Shown here one piece after another: positions 27,169-37,497 of a stretch of DNA of 64,000 nucleotides. Source of the stretch: Chloroflexota bacterium (GTDB lineage: Bacteria > Chloroflexota > Dehalococcoidia > SM23-28-2 > JACOUE01); contig JACOUE010000005.1 of assembly GCA_016178045.1 (NCBI GenBank), positions 18,855-82,854 on the forward strand. The letters are read 5' to 3'. The first letter of the stretch is position 1, and each line of letters opens with the position of its first letter. Made by a program: the position numbers and the translations under genes. A model generated the notes under the pieces. The model was not told the origin of the DNA and did not search any database. It saw only the letters and a list, made by a program, of their open reading frames with translations.

Positions 27169-28023
27169 CTAGCCCTCTCCCCCTTCGACTCCGCTCAGGG
27201 CAGGCTTCGAGGGAGAGGGGACCGGTTGTCGCTTCAGCGCCTCGTTGAGGGAGCCCTGGCGGTAGCCGGCCAGGTCGAGGGTGACATAAAGGTACCCCAG
27301 CTCCTTGAGCCGCCCGACGATGGCGCTTCGGTTCGCCAGAAGCGCCGCCATCCCCGCTTCGTCCGTCTCGATGCGGGCGACGGAGTCGTGGTGGCGGACG
27401 CGGAGCTGGCGCAGGCCCAGGGAGCGGAGGAACTCCTCCGCCCGGCCGATGCGGTCCAGCGCCTCGACGGTGACGGGCGTGCCGTAGGGGATGCGGGAGG
27501 CGAGGCAGGCCATGGCCGGCTTGTCCCAGGTGGGGAGGCCGCGCCGGCGGGAGAGGGCCCGGACGTCGTCCTTGGTGAGGCCGGCCTCCACAAGCGGGCT
27601 TCGCACGCTATGCTCGGCGGCGGCGCGGCGGCCGGGGCGGAAGTCGCCGGTGTCGTCCAGGTTGCAGCCATCCACGACGAAAGCGAAGCCGCGCTCGCGG
27701 GCGATGGCGCTGAGCCGGCCGTACAGCTCGTCCTTGCAGTGGTAACAGCGGGCGGGGTTGTTGGCCACGTACTCGGGGTTGTCCATCTCGTGCGTGTCAA
27801 TCAGCTCGTGGCGGACGCCGATCTGCCGGGCCAGGGCTTTCGCCTCCTCTACCTCGGATGGCGGCACGGAGGGGGACACGCCGGTGACGGCAAGGGCTTT
27901 GTCGTCGACGACGTCGCGGGCGACGGCGGCCACGAAGGTGCTGTCGACGCCGCCGGAGTAGGCGACGATGACCGAGCCCATCTCGGCGAGGAACGTCTTC
28001 AAGCGGGCGAGCTTCTCCTCCAT
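27169..28023 (-). CDS. larE: ATP-dependent sacrificial sulfur transferase LarE (PP-loop ATP pyrophosphatase)
   Basis: 284 aa with the PP-loop SGGVDS and conserved Cys. The C-terminal 12 aa (PALSGVEGGEG) are encoded by a REP-like element. Confidence 0.8.
   Translation of the reverse strand: MEEKLARLKTFLAEMGSVIVAYSGGVDSTFVAAVARDVVDDKALAVTGVSPSVPPSEVEEAKALARQIGVRHELIDTHEMDNPEYVANNPARCYHCKDELYGRLSAIARERGFAFVVDGCNLDDTGDFRPGRRAAAEHSVRSPLVEAGLTKDDVRALSRRRGLPTWDKPAMACLASRIPYGTPVTVEALDRIGRAEEFLRSLGLRQLRVRHHDSVARIETDEAGMAALLANRSAIVGRLKELGYLYVTLDLAGYRQGSLNEALKRQPVPSPSKPALSGVEGGEG
27173..27220. repeat. REP-like palindromic element (ccctctccc-cttcgactccgctcagggcaggcttcga-gggagaggg), inside the larE 3' end
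   Basis: A family B core nested between inverted arms ccctctccc/gggagaggg. Similar arm palindromes occur at 52769-52796 and 54981-55000. Confidence 0.7.
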
Positions 28024-28052
28024 GGCCGACCTCCCACAAGAAAGTCGTTCCC

Positions 28053-28063
28053 CATGATAGCAC
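28053..28063 (-). promoter_or_regulatory. extended -10 TGcTATCAT (minus strand) upstream of larE
   Basis: Forward catgatagcac, about 30 nt upstream of the larE ATG at 28023, with an intervening GGGAGG SD. Confidence 0.4.
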
Positions 28064-28145
28064 TTCGCATCGGCCGATGATGCCGTTTGCGATTGACCCC
28101 GGCGTCCGCTATCCTGTGTCTTGAACGTCTAGAGGAAACGCATAG

Positions 28146-28820
28146 ATGGTGCAAACGCTGGCGAAGGCTGAACTGGAAGTAACCCGCCGCGAAGTCCTGG
28201 GCAAGAAGGTGAAGACCCTGCGGCGGCAAGGGATCACCCCCGCCAACATCTTCGGCCGTAATGTGGATTCCCTGGCGGTGCAGTTGCCCACCGACCGGCT
28301 GGTGTACGTGCTCCGCCACTTCGGCCGCAACGAGATCGTGCACATCAGGCTGGACGGGGACGAGCCCCGGCCCACGTTCATCCGCCACATCCAGCGCAAC
28401 CCGATAACCGACGAGATCCTGCACGTCGACTTTCACCAGATATCGCTGACGGAGAAGGTGCGCATGGAGGTGGCGCTGCACCTGGTGGGCACGGCGCCGG
28501 CCGTATCGATGTACAACGGCACCCTCCTCCACAGCTTGGACTACCTGACGGTGGAGGGAATGCCGGGGGAGATCCCGTCGCACCTGGAGGTGGACGTCTC
28601 CGGCCTGGAGGAGATCGACTCCGCCGTCCACGTGCGGGACATCGCGGTGCCCTCGAACCTGACGGTGCTGACCGACCTCGACCTGGTGGTGGCGAAGGTG
28701 GCGCCGCCGGCCAAGGAGCGCGTCGAGGAGGTGGAGGAGGAGGTGCCGGAGGAAGAGGCCGCCGCCGAAGAGGAGGGCGCGGCCCCGGAGGCGGAAGCCG
28801 GCGGCGAAGAGCAGGAGTAG
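28146..28820 (+). CDS. rplY: 50S ribosomal protein L25 / general stress protein Ctc
   Basis: 224 aa; the L25 beta-barrel N-domain plus an acidic tail. Confidence 0.85.
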   Translation: MVQTLAKAELEVTRREVLGKKVKTLRRQGITPANIFGRNVDSLAVQLPTDRLVYVLRHFGRNEIVHIRLDGDEPRPTFIRHIQRNPITDEILHVDFHQISLTEKVRMEVALHLVGTAPAVSMYNGTLLHSLDYLTVEGMPGEIPSHLEVDVSGLEEIDSAVHVRDIAVPSNLTVLTDLDLVVAKVAPPAKERVEEVEEEVPEEEAAAEEEGAAPEAEAGGEEQE

Positions 28821-28830
28821 GGCGCTCGCC

Positions 28831-29802
28831 TTACCCCGTCACCAGGCGTTTTCCCGTAAAGTCACGCATACCGCGCAGGAAATCGCCCGCCGGCAATGCG
28901 CGGCGACCCGCCCGCTGCACGGTAATCACCGCGAGCACGCCTTTCCCCGTCTGCACGCCGAAAGCGGCGCCTTTTGCCTCCGGCGGGAGGGCCTCGGTCT
29001 GCGCCGGGCTCAGGGGGACGACCGTTCCCGGCTCGCTGCCGGTGTCTCCGCTGAGGGGCCACGCTTCCCAGATATGGAGCAGCTCGCCCTGGAAGGCCGT
29101 ATAGGCGCCGGGCCAGGGGTTGTAGGCGCGGACCTGCCGCCAGATGTGGACCGCCGGCTGACGCCAGTCGATGGCGCCGTGCTCCTTCTTCAGCAGGGGC
29201 GCGACGGTGGCTTGAGAGTCGTGCTGGGGCTGCGGCTCGATCTCGCCCTTGAGCCAGCGGGGCAGCGTCTCGACGGTGAGGGCGGCGGCCAGCGGCGCTA
29301 GCTTTTCGGCCAGGGTGCCCGCCGTATCGAAGGGGGAGATGGGGACGGCCCTCTGGCCGAGGACTGGCCCGGTGTCCATGCCGGCGTCCATGAGCATGAC
29401 GGTGACGCCGGTGGCGTCGTCGCCGGCGAGGATGGCGGCGGGAATGGGTGAGGCGCCCCGGTGTCGCGGCAGGAGGGCGGGGTGGACGTTGAGGACGCCA
29501 CGAGGGGCAATGTCGAGGACGTCCTGGCGGAGGATCTGGCCGAAGGCGCAGGCGACCATCGCCTCCGGCTTCAGGGCCGCGAGCTCGGATACGGTTTCGG
29601 GGTCGCGGAGGCCGGCCGGCTGGCCCACGGTCAGGCCGTGGGCGAGCGCGGCCTCCTTCACGGGAGGCGCCCGCGGCCTGCGGCCTCGCCCGGCGGGACG
29701 GTCGGGCTGGGTGTAGACGGCGGTGATATCGAAACCAGCTTCGACCAGGGCGCGCAGACAGGGGACGGCGAAGTCAGGGGTGCCGAGGAAGACGATGGCC
29801 AT
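28831..29802 (-). CDS. fmt: methionyl-tRNA formyltransferase
   Basis: 323 aa; MAIVFLGTPDFAVP and HPSLLP-like (HPALLP) motifs. Confidence 0.9.
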   Translation of the reverse strand: MAIVFLGTPDFAVPCLRALVEAGFDITAVYTQPDRPAGRGRRPRAPPVKEAALAHGLTVGQPAGLRDPETVSELAALKPEAMVACAFGQILRQDVLDIAPRGVLNVHPALLPRHRGASPIPAAILAGDDATGVTVMLMDAGMDTGPVLGQRAVPISPFDTAGTLAEKLAPLAAALTVETLPRWLKGEIEPQPQHDSQATVAPLLKKEHGAIDWRQPAVHIWRQVRAYNPWPGAYTAFQGELLHIWEAWPLSGDTGSEPGTVVPLSPAQTEALPPEAKGAAFGVQTGKGVLAVITVQRAGRRALPAGDFLRGMRDFTGKRLVTG

Positions 29803-29904
29803 AATCGGGAAGGGGCCGGCGAGGGCGTCGTCGCGAGGATTCTAGCACAGGGGCCGTTCGTAACGCGACGCTGAGGGGCGCGTTATTACAATCGGCCGGT
29901 AGAC

Positions 29905-30507
29905 ATGCAAACCAGTGGGCGAGAGCGCTATCCAGAGCTGGGCGTGGCAGCCGTCATTGTCCTCGCCTTCGCCGCTTTTGGCTGTTCGAACGCCGTCGGC
30001 GATAACCTCACGGGCCCGGCCCGCGATACTGTCGTCATCCAAGTGAATACGCCGACGCCCACCGCTGCCGCCACACCCTCGCCTACACCCACCACGACGC
30101 CGCTGGCAAAGGTCTGCTCCACCAACCCGGATCCGGCAAAGCCTAGCGAGATCCAGGTGCAGGAGCCGGAGCCGGAGGACCGGGTCGGCCCTATCTTCCA
30201 CGTCCGCGGCTGGGGTTCACGCATCGAGCGGGACAGCGTGGGGGTGGAAGTGGCTCTGGTGGACTCGAGGTTGAAGGTGGTGAACCAGGGTGGCGTGCCC
30301 ACTCACGCCCCGCCCCAGCCGCGGGCCGGGCGAATCCCGCCGCGGGGCCTAGAGATAACGCGCTTCACCGCCCCCTTCGCCGTCGACCTGTACCTGGGCG
30401 TCACGCAGCCGATGCCCATCTGCATCTGGGTGTTCCAGCAGGAGCCGGGCACCGGCGACCCGATCAACGTGGTCCAGGTGCCGGTCCTGGTGGCGCCGCC
30501 GGAATGA
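29905..30507 (+). CDS. secreted lipoprotein with Pro/Thr-rich linker and Gmad2-type Ig-like domain
   Basis: 200 aa with a signal peptide plus Cys (AAFGCS), a PTPT linker, and a C-terminal beta-rich domain. Confidence 0.5.
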   Translation: MQTSGRERYPELGVAAVIVLAFAAFGCSNAVGDNLTGPARDTVVIQVNTPTPTAAATPSPTPTTTPLAKVCSTNPDPAKPSEIQVQEPEPEDRVGPIFHVRGWGSRIERDSVGVEVALVDSRLKVVNQGGVPTHAPPQPRAGRIPPRGLEITRFTAPFAVDLYLGVTQPMPICIWVFQQEPGTGDPINVVQVPVLVAPPE

Positions 30508-31318
30508 CGCCGACCGCCGCGCCTATGTCCACGTTGAGGGCGGATGCGGCGTTCCCGTTGGGTAGCGACAGCTCCAGGTAGCCGGCGCTCCCGATCAGCG
30601 CGACCAGACCCTTAGCGTCGCCGTAAGTGCGGGCCAGGCCTGCGACCGTCCGCCCGGCGATCTCAACTTCCACGTTCGCGGCGGGCAAGTCTTCCTGCCG
30701 AATGTCCGTGACCACGTTCCCAAAGCGGTCGATGTGCACGACACGTCCCACGAGGCTGCCGTCCGGCTGTGACGCGGCCCGGAAGGGCGGCAGGGCCACG
30801 ACGCTCTCCACCGGCTCGCCGAGCTCCTCCAGGGGCACTCCCAGGGAGATGTGTGCCGCCACGGGCGCGAAAACGTCGCGGCCGTGGAAGGTGACGCTGA
30901 CGGGATGCCGGAAGTAGCGCTCGTTGGTGAGGGCGACGGCGCGGACGTCCTCGGGCAGGGCAGCTGTCCCTGACGGCAGCGAGACCGCGGCCCGTGCATC
31001 GTCGGGCAGGGCGGCGGAGAGAACGCCGTTGTCGGGGCCGACGAAGAAGCCGGCCGCCGTCTGGAGGGCCAGCGCCCTGCGAGCTGTCCCCACCCCCGGG
31101 TCGACGACGGCGACGTGGATGGAGCCGGCGGGAAAGTGGGGCCAGGAGCAGGCGAGGAGGAAGGCGCCCTGCTCGATGCTATGGGGCCGCACTTCGTGGC
31201 TCACGTCGATGGTGACGGCGTCCGGGTTGAGGGAGAGGACGACGCCCTTCATCGCCGCCACGCAGGGATCGGCGAGGCCGAAGTCAGTCGTGAGGGTGAT
31301 GACGGGCCGCGCGCCCAT
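30464..31318 (-). CDS. SAM hydroxide adenosyltransferase family protein (DUF62)
   Basis: 284 aa; N-terminal ITLTTDFG and the DVF/D.FGN pattern. Confidence 0.75.
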   Translation of the reverse strand: MGARPVITLTTDFGLADPCVAAMKGVVLSLNPDAVTIDVSHEVRPHSIEQGAFLLACSWPHFPAGSIHVAVVDPGVGTARRALALQTAAGFFVGPDNGVLSAALPDDARAAVSLPSGTAALPEDVRAVALTNERYFRHPVSVTFHGRDVFAPVAAHISLGVPLEELGEPVESVVALPPFRAASQPDGSLVGRVVHIDRFGNVVTDIRQEDLPAANVEVEIAGRTVAGLARTYGDAKGLVALIGSAGYLELSLPNGNAASALNVDIGAAVGVIPAAPPGPAPGPR

Positions 31319-31326
31319 GGCCCGCT

Positions 31327-32976
31327 CTATTCGAGGACCTTTTCGGGCACCTTCACCGTCCAGGCGCTGACGGTAGCGAACCGGATGCTGGGGTCGAAGA
31401 CGGGTCCGAGGCGCACGTTCTCGATGGAGGCGTCGACGAAGTAGTTGTACACAGGGTAGTAGAGGAGGAGGCTCGGCAGGTCTTCGTTGAATACCTCCTG
31501 GAACTCGTAATAGAGGGCCTGCCGGCGGCTGATGTCGATGGTCTTGCGGGCGTTCTCCAGGAGCTTGTCCGCCTCCTCGCTGACATAGCCGGACAGGTTG
31601 CGGCCGCCTTCGGAGATCTGGGAGCTGTGCCAGGCGGGGTAGGGGTCGGGGTCGTAGCCGGGGTCAAAGCCGAAGATGGCGGCCTGGTAGCGGTGCGGCA
31701 GCAGGTAGTTGCGTACCAGCTCCGTGGCGCCGAGGGAGACGACCGTAACCTGAATGCCGACGTGGCGGAGCTGGCGCCCTACGTCCTCGGCGAGGGCGCG
31801 GCGGAGGACGTCGGCGTCGGTGAGGAGCGAGATGCGGAGCTCCACGCCCTTGCGGACGCGGACGTTGTCGTCGTTCAGCTTCCAGCCCGCCTTCTCCAGC
31901 AGGGAGTGGGCCTTCTCGAGGTCGGGCTGGTACGGCTCGATGTCGGGGCTGCTGGCCCAGGTGCCGGGGGCGATGGGGGAGTCGGCGCGGACGGCGCGTC
32001 CGCTCAAGAGGCCCGAGATAAGGTCATCGCGGCGTACCGTGTAGGCGATGGCCTGGCGGACGTTCTTGTTGACCAGGGCTGGCGCTTCGTTGTTGAGGTA
32101 GAGGGCGGTGTAGGCGGTGCTGTTGGCGGAGTAGAGCCGCAGGTTGTCCACAGCGGCCAGGGAATCGAGGTCCTCCTGGCTAACGTTGGGCCCCAGGATT
32201 AGGCCGTTGACCTCCCCGCGGAAGAGGGCGGTCATCGCCGCCTGGTGGTCGGGGTAGAAGAAGAGCTCGATATCGAGGAGCTGCGGCAGCGCGCCGTAGT
32301 AGCTGTCGAAGCGGCGGAGGACGGCCCTCGTCTCGTCGATCTCGACGAGACGGAAGGGGCCGGTACCGACGGGGCTGAGGTTGAAGGTGCTGGAGGCAAG
32401 CTCTTCCGCCGTCGTGCCCTTGAGGACGTGCTGGGGCAGGATGCCGATGGTGGTGAAGGAGAGGAACGGCGCGAACGGTTGGGGCAGGCGGCACTCGACG
32501 GTGAGCTTGTTGGGGGCGACGCACTCCACCTGCTGCCAGAGCTGGGAGAGGGCGGGGTCGCCCGGGAAGTCCGGGTCGGCCAGGAGGGAGTAGGTGAAGA
32601 TGACATCGTCGGCGGTGAAGGGGGAGCCCGTGTGCCAGGAGACGCCGGAGCGGAGGTGGAACGTGTAGACGCGGCCGTTCTTGCTGGTCTCCCAGCTTTC
32701 CGCCAGGTCCGGGAGGATCTCGCCGCTGAGGCCCAAGCGGGTGAGGCCGGAAAAGACCAGGGAGGAGACGTCGCGGTCGACCTGGTTGAGGGAGGCGAAG
32801 GCGGGGTTGATGCGGGCGGGGACGCCGATCACCGCTTCTACGTAGCGGCCGCCCTTCTCCTCCTTGCCGGAGTCCAAGGGGCGGGTGATGACGAACCAGA
32901 GGCCGGTGATGACGAGGATGCCGGCCAGCAGGACCACCAGGAGCGGCCACCCCGGCCGGGCACGCTGAGCGCGCAT
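31327..32976 (-). CDS. ABC transporter substrate-binding protein, family 5 (peptide/nickel-type), N-terminal membrane anchor
   Basis: 549 aa with an SBP_bac_5 fold. Confidence 0.8.
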   Translation of the reverse strand: MRAQRARPGWPLLVVLLAGILVITGLWFVITRPLDSGKEEKGGRYVEAVIGVPARINPAFASLNQVDRDVSSLVFSGLTRLGLSGEILPDLAESWETSKNGRVYTFHLRSGVSWHTGSPFTADDVIFTYSLLADPDFPGDPALSQLWQQVECVAPNKLTVECRLPQPFAPFLSFTTIGILPQHVLKGTTAEELASSTFNLSPVGTGPFRLVEIDETRAVLRRFDSYYGALPQLLDIELFFYPDHQAAMTALFRGEVNGLILGPNVSQEDLDSLAAVDNLRLYSANSTAYTALYLNNEAPALVNKNVRQAIAYTVRRDDLISGLLSGRAVRADSPIAPGTWASSPDIEPYQPDLEKAHSLLEKAGWKLNDDNVRVRKGVELRISLLTDADVLRRALAEDVGRQLRHVGIQVTVVSLGATELVRNYLLPHRYQAAIFGFDPGYDPDPYPAWHSSQISEGGRNLSGYVSEEADKLLENARKTIDISRRQALYYEFQEVFNEDLPSLLLYYPVYNYFVDASIENVRLGPVFDPSIRFATVSAWTVKVPEKVLE

Positions 32977-33034
32977 CAGCCTCTTCGCTGGTCGTTCATC
33001 ATCAGAAGTTCAGCGTTTGGGGGGCCGGCGGGCC

Positions 33035-33226
33035 TCAGCGGGCGGCCGTCACGCTGAGGGCAGCGACGACGAGGAAGAGGACGGACAGGGCGATGGTCAG
33101 CTGGAAGAGCGTCTTCTCCAGGCCCCGACGGGTGCGGACGAAGGAGCCGCCGCGGAGGCCGCCCAGTCCTTCGCCCCGGATCTGAAGCAGGATCACCCCG
33201 ATCAGGGCTACGGAGACGAATATCAT
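33035..33226 (-). CDS. secG: preprotein translocase subunit SecG
   Basis: C-terminal 63 aa of ORF 33035-33628: MIFVSVALIGVILLQIRGEGLGGLRGGSFV...LTIALSVLFLVVA. ATG at 33226; a GTG about 9 codons upstream is an alternative start. Confidence 0.75.
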   Translation of the reverse strand: MIFVSVALIGVILLQIRGEGLGGLRGGSFVRTRRGLEKTLFQLTIALSVLFLVVAALSVTAAR

Positions 33227-33282
33227 CGCTACGTTGAGCAGGTTTGACAGGTCCACGAAGTTTACCCTTGTCTGTAGCCGTG

Positions 33283-34626
33283 CTAGTCGAGCGTGCCGAC
33301 CAGCTTCGCCTCTTCCTCCACCGACAGCTGCTGTAGCTGGCGGCGGTCGTCGTAGATCTGGATGATGGTGCTGGCCAGCTTTGTGGAGTCGTGGTGGTAG
33401 CGGTTCTCCTCGCTGACGACGTCTGCAGCCACCAATCGTATCCCATTGGGGAGGCGGGCGTCCAGCTTCACCGGCTCCCCCCGGGCCGATTCGGGGAGGC
33501 TGCCGCCGATGTTGTTGTTGGCGACAACGCAGTCGATCGCGTGGCGTTCCATGTGCGCCTCGATGGCGGCCGCGTGCTCCCGGACGCCGTAGCCGTCGGT
33601 CTCGCCGGGCTGGGTGGCGACGTTGCACACGTACACCTTGACCGCCGGCGAAGCGAAGACGGCGCGCCGGATGCCTTCCACCAGCAGGTTGGGGAGGACG
33701 CTGGTGTACAGGCTGCCCGGCCCGAGGACGATCAGGTCCGCGTCCAGGATGGCGCGGACGGCCTCGGGGAAGGCGGGTGGGTTTGACGGCTGGAGGAACA
33801 CTTCCTTGATTGAGCCCTTGGACTTGCTCTCGGTGATGCTGGACTCGCCCTCGATGGTCTCGGCGTCGCTGGTGCGGGCGCAGAGGGTGACGTTGGCGAG
33901 CGTGGAGGGGATGATCTGGCCCCGTACGGCGAGGACGCGACTGGTCTGGCGGATGGCGTCTTCGAAGTTGCCGACGACGCCGGACATGGCGACGATGAAC
34001 AGGTTGCCGAAGGAGTGGCCGGCCAGGCCGGACCCGTCCGAGAAGCGGTACTGGAACAGCTTGGTCATCAACGGCTCAGCGTCGGCGAGGGCGGCGATGC
34101 AGTTGCGGACGTCGCCGGGGGGCAGGATGCCCAGCTCGCGGCGGAGGCGGCCGGAGCTGCCGCCATCGTCGGCTACGGTGACGATGGCGGTAAGGTTCGT
34201 CGTGTACTCTTTGAGGCCGCGGAGGACGATGGAGAGGCCGGTGCCGCCGCCGATGGCCACGATCTTCGGGCCGCGGCGCAGAAGGCGCTGGTTGTAGATG
34301 GTGCTGACGAGGCTACCGTTGCCGTTGCGGTGAGGCAGGACGGCGGAGAGCAGGGAGTGGCTGAGCTGCCAGATGGCGAACAGGGTGAGCGCCACGGCGA
34401 TGCCCATGAACATGCCGCCGCGGGCCACCTGGGGGATGAACTGCAGGGTCAGGTAGTAGAAGATGCGGGGGAAGGTGTAGGAGACGTAGACCTCGCGGAG
34501 GATGTAGGCGATGCCGATGCCCATCACCGCCACCCCGAACATCAAGAGGAGAAGCCACCTCTTGATGTGCATCCCGGGGTAGAACCACTTGGCGAAGTCC
34601 GAATTGCGGAAGCGGTGCATTTCCAT
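33283..34626 (-). CDS. yvcK: gluconeogenesis factor YvcK/CofD-like (UPF0052) with N-terminal membrane segment
   Basis: 447 aa; the IVAIGGGTGLS...VADDGGSSG motif. Confidence 0.8.
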   Translation of the reverse strand: MEMHRFRNSDFAKWFYPGMHIKRWLLLLMFGVAVMGIGIAYILREVYVSYTFPRIFYYLTLQFIPQVARGGMFMGIAVALTLFAIWQLSHSLLSAVLPHRNGNGSLVSTIYNQRLLRRGPKIVAIGGGTGLSIVLRGLKEYTTNLTAIVTVADDGGSSGRLRRELGILPPGDVRNCIAALADAEPLMTKLFQYRFSDGSGLAGHSFGNLFIVAMSGVVGNFEDAIRQTSRVLAVRGQIIPSTLANVTLCARTSDAETIEGESSITESKSKGSIKEVFLQPSNPPAFPEAVRAILDADLIVLGPGSLYTSVLPNLLVEGIRRAVFASPAVKVYVCNVATQPGETDGYGVREHAAAIEAHMERHAIDCVVANNNIGGSLPESARGEPVKLDARLPNGIRLVAADVVSEENRYHHDSTKLASTIIQIYDDRRQLQQLSVEEEAKLVGTLD

Positions 34627-34653
34627 AATTAGAACGCTCGTATCCTTAAAACG

Positions 34654-36165
34654 TTATGATGCCGCGCCGCCCAATTTCCGCTCCAGCAACTCGCGGGCGG
34701 TGTTGGGGTCCGACCGGCCCCGCGTCTCGCGCATGACCTGGCCCACCAGGAACTTGATCGCTTCCTGCTTGCCGCCGCGGTAGTCCTCCACCGCCTTGGG
34801 GTTCGCCGCGACCACGCGGTCCACCGCCGAGGCGATCTCGTCGCCGGCGATGATCTGGGCCAGGCCGCGCTCCTCCACGACCTCGCGGGGGGCGCGGCCG
34901 CCGGCGAACGTCTCCAGGAAGACGGCCTTGGCGGCGGCGCCGGTGATTGTGCCCGCCTCGATGAGGTCGATGAGCTCGGACAGGTGCTGCGGCGTGACCT
35001 TGGCGTCTTCGATCTCCACGTTCTGGGCGTTGAGGAGAGCGGCGAAGTCGCCGTTGACCCAGTTGGCCACGGCCTTCGCCCGCTGCCGCTCCTCCGCCAC
35101 AAGGGCCACCGCCGCCTCGAAGAAGTCGGCCCTGGCGCGGGACTCGGTGAGGAGGTTGACGTCGTAGGGCGAGAGGCCGTACCGGGCCTGGAAGCGCTCC
35201 CGCTTGGCCGCCGGCAGCTCCGGCATTCGCGAACGGATCTCTTCCACCCAGTCGCGGCTGATGGCCAGAGGGGGCAGGTCGGGCTCGGGGAAGTAGCGGT
35301 AGTCGTTGGCGTACTCCTTGCTGCGCTGGGGGACGGCCTCGCCCGTGCCCGGCCGCCAGCCCCTGGTCTCCTGGACGATTCGGCCGCCGGAGCGCAGGAC
35401 GCCGACCTGGCGCTCGACCTCGAACTTGATGGCGTCGTAGACGTGGCGGAAGCTGTTGATGTTCTTCAGCTCCACCTTGGTGCCCAGCTCGCTGCTGCCG
35501 CGGGGGCGGACGCTGACGTTGGGCTCGCAGCGCATGTTCCCCTCTTCCATGTTCGCGCGGCTGGCCCCGATGTAGCGGAGGATGCGGCGCAGCTCGACGA
35601 GGTAGGCGCGGGCCTCCTCCGGCGTGCGTATGTCGGGCTCAGAGACGATCTCCATGAGGGGGACGCCGGAGCGGTTCACGTCGACGAGGCTGTAGCTCTC
35701 GCCGGCGGGGTTGGTGACGTGGTAGAGCTTGGCGACGTCCTCCTCCAGGTGGACGCGGGTGACGCCGATGCCCCGCTTGCCGCCGTCCACCTCCACCTCC
35801 AGCCGGCCGTTCCGGCAGAGGGGCTCGTCGTACTCCGATATCTGGTAGCCCTTCATGAGGTCCGGGTAGTGGTAGTTCTTGCGGTCGAAGCGGGCGTGCT
35901 CGGCGATCTGGCAGTCGAGGGCGAGGCCGGTCATGATGGTGAGCTCCACGGCCCGCTTGTTGATGACGGGGAGGACGCCGGGCATGCCCAGGCAGATGGG
36001 GCAGACATCGGTGTTGGGAGGCGAGTCGAGGGACGGCAGTGGGCAGGGGCAGAACATCTTGCTGCGGGTGAGGAGGTGAGCGTGCACCTCCATGCCGATG
36101 ACGGTCTCGAACTCGAGGGCGGAGGCGGTGGTCATGGGGTCTGCGTCAGTATACCACGAGGCCAA
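34654..36165 (-). CDS. gatB: Asp-tRNA(Asn)/Glu-tRNA(Gln) amidotransferase subunit B
   Basis: 503 aa; [13 protein letters not shown]...CPCP motifs. The true start may be the internal M (MTTASALEF) at about 36135. Confidence 0.9.
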   Translation of the reverse strand: MASWYTDADPMTTASALEFETVIGMEVHAHLLTRSKMFCPCPLPSLDSPPNTDVCPICLGMPGVLPVINKRAVELTIMTGLALDCQIAEHARFDRKNYHYPDLMKGYQISEYDEPLCRNGRLEVEVDGGKRGIGVTRVHLEEDVAKLYHVTNPAGESYSLVDVNRSGVPLMEIVSEPDIRTPEEARAYLVELRRILRYIGASRANMEEGNMRCEPNVSVRPRGSSELGTKVELKNINSFRHVYDAIKFEVERQVGVLRSGGRIVQETRGWRPGTGEAVPQRSKEYANDYRYFPEPDLPPLAISRDWVEEIRSRMPELPAAKRERFQARYGLSPYDVNLLTESRARADFFEAAVALVAEERQRAKAVANWVNGDFAALLNAQNVEIEDAKVTPQHLSELIDLIEAGTITGAAAKAVFLETFAGGRAPREVVEERGLAQIIAGDEIASAVDRVVAANPKAVEDYRGGKQEAIKFLVGQVMRETRGRSDPNTARELLERKLGGAAS

Positions 36166-36202
36166 GGGCCTTACGTGTCCAGCTTGGGGCGCCGCCGGCG
36201 GT

Positions 36203-36607
36203 TCACACGTAGCACCCTTCCGGGTAGCCCAGGGCCATGACCCGCTTGTGCACGCGGAACCCGAGGCTGCGGTAGAAGGACACGTTCTCGTCTTCGAGAC
36301 AGGTGAGGAGGATGGCGGTGCGCCTCAGGTCCTCGATCAGCGCCCGCATCATCGCCGTGCCGATGCCGCGGCGCTGGAAGGCGGGAAGGACGACGACGCC
36401 GACGATGAGGGCCTCGCGCTCGCCGTCGGAGATGGCGCGGGCGGCGCCGACGAGGCGGCCGTCCAGGTAAGCGAGGACGGTGGCGAAGCTGGTCGCCCAG
36501 GTGCGGGCGAGCTGGGCGGGGTCTTCGGGGCCCAGGGTCTCGGCGTACACGTTGGCGACGGCCTGCCAGTCCACCCCTTCGAGGTCGCGCTTGAGTGTGA
36601 CGTTCAT
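36203..36607 (-). CDS. GNAT family N-acetyltransferase
   Basis: 134 aa with the Q/RxxGxG/A motif ([11 protein letters not shown]). Confidence 0.8.
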   Translation of the reverse strand: MNVTLKRDLEGVDWQAVANVYAETLGPEDPAQLARTWATSFATVLAYLDGRLVGAARAISDGEREALIVGVVVLPAFQRRGIGTAMMRALIEDLRRTAILLTCLEDENVSFYRSLGFRVHKRVMALGYPEGCYV

Positions 36608-37272
36608 GGTCTCACCTGCCCGGATGAGGTCAGCGACAGCAGTACGTAACGGCGCGTGTATGATAGCACCTCACCGCGCCGGGCTAGTCGAGGTTGAGGT
36701 GGAACACGAGCTCGGGTTCGCCGTGTTCGTCGAGACGGGAGCCGGCCCTCGCGGAAGCCCATCCTGGCGGCGAGGGCGAGCGACGGGGCGTTGTCGGGGG
36801 CGATGGAGAGGCGGAAGCGGCGGACGCCGTGCTCGCGGGCGGCCCACTCCATCAGGGCGAGGGCGGACTCGTAGGCGTAGCCGCGGCGGCGCTGCTCCGG
36901 CATGACGGTGTAGCCCAGATCCAGGCGGCCGTCGTCGGGCGGGCCGTGGAAGCCGCCGTGGCCGACCATGCGGCGGCTGCGGGGGAGGACCATGGCCCGG
37001 AGGAGCCAGGGCTGGACGGCGGGGTCGGCGCGCATCTGGTCGAGCCAGCGGCGGAGCCAGCGGTCGTCGCCGGCGAAGGGCCAGTGCGGGGGAAGGGAGA
37101 AGCCGCCGATGGCCTCGGCGTCGTCGCGGCGGCCGTCGAGGAGGGCCCCGATGAACGGCGGCGGGACGGAGGCGAGGTGGAGGCGGCGAGTGACAATGGG
37201 CGGGACGGGGGACGAGCCCCGATGATGCAGGCTCATCGGGGTCACTTCGTGAGGGCGGGGGTCGCGGGTCAT
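36604..37272 (-). pseudogene. GNAT (RimJ/RimL-like) acetyltransferase with apparent +1 frameshift near 36745
   Basis: Frame 0 reads ...APDNAPSLALAARMGFREGRLPSRRTRR... (junk). A shifted frame reads ...GSRLDEHGEPELVFHLNLD*, ending at TAG 36685-36687, which is a plausible GNAT C-terminus. One extra C in ggccggctcc would cause this. Confidence 0.5.
36657..36668 (-). promoter_or_regulatory. extended -10 gTGcTATCATac (minus strand) about 50 nt upstream of the GNAT at 36607
   Basis: Forward gtatgatagcac. The same 10-mer, tgctatcata, recurs upstream of hicB and larE. Confidence 0.45.
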
Positions 37273-37497
37273 TCGCGCAGGAGGCCCTGAAACTCGTCGA
37301 CGGTGAGGCCGGCCTTACGGATCAGGGCGTGCAGCGTGCCGGGCTTGAGCCGGCGGTGATCGGGAACGGAGAGGCTGGCTGGGAAGTTCGGCCTGGTCAT
37401 GATGATGTGACTGCCCCGCTGGCGTCTGACCCGGGAAACCTGCTCGTTCGAATGCGGCGACGGCCTGCCGGCCTGAGACGGCGGGGAGCCGCGGCAT
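37269..37497 (-). pseudogene. hicA: HicA-family toxin, frameshifted
   Basis: ORF 37315-37497 reads MPRLPAVSGRQAVAAFERAGF and then junk. The +1 frame continues RVRRQRGSHIIMTRPNFPASLSVPDHRRLKPGTLHALIRKAGLTVDEFQGLLRE* to TGA 37269, which is a perfect HicA. The cause is an extra C in the ttcccggg run. Confidence 0.7.

Noticed and set aside
28096-28120. TTGACC ... TATCCT as an rplY promoter
   Set aside because: The spacer is only 11 nt, so it was not called with confidence.
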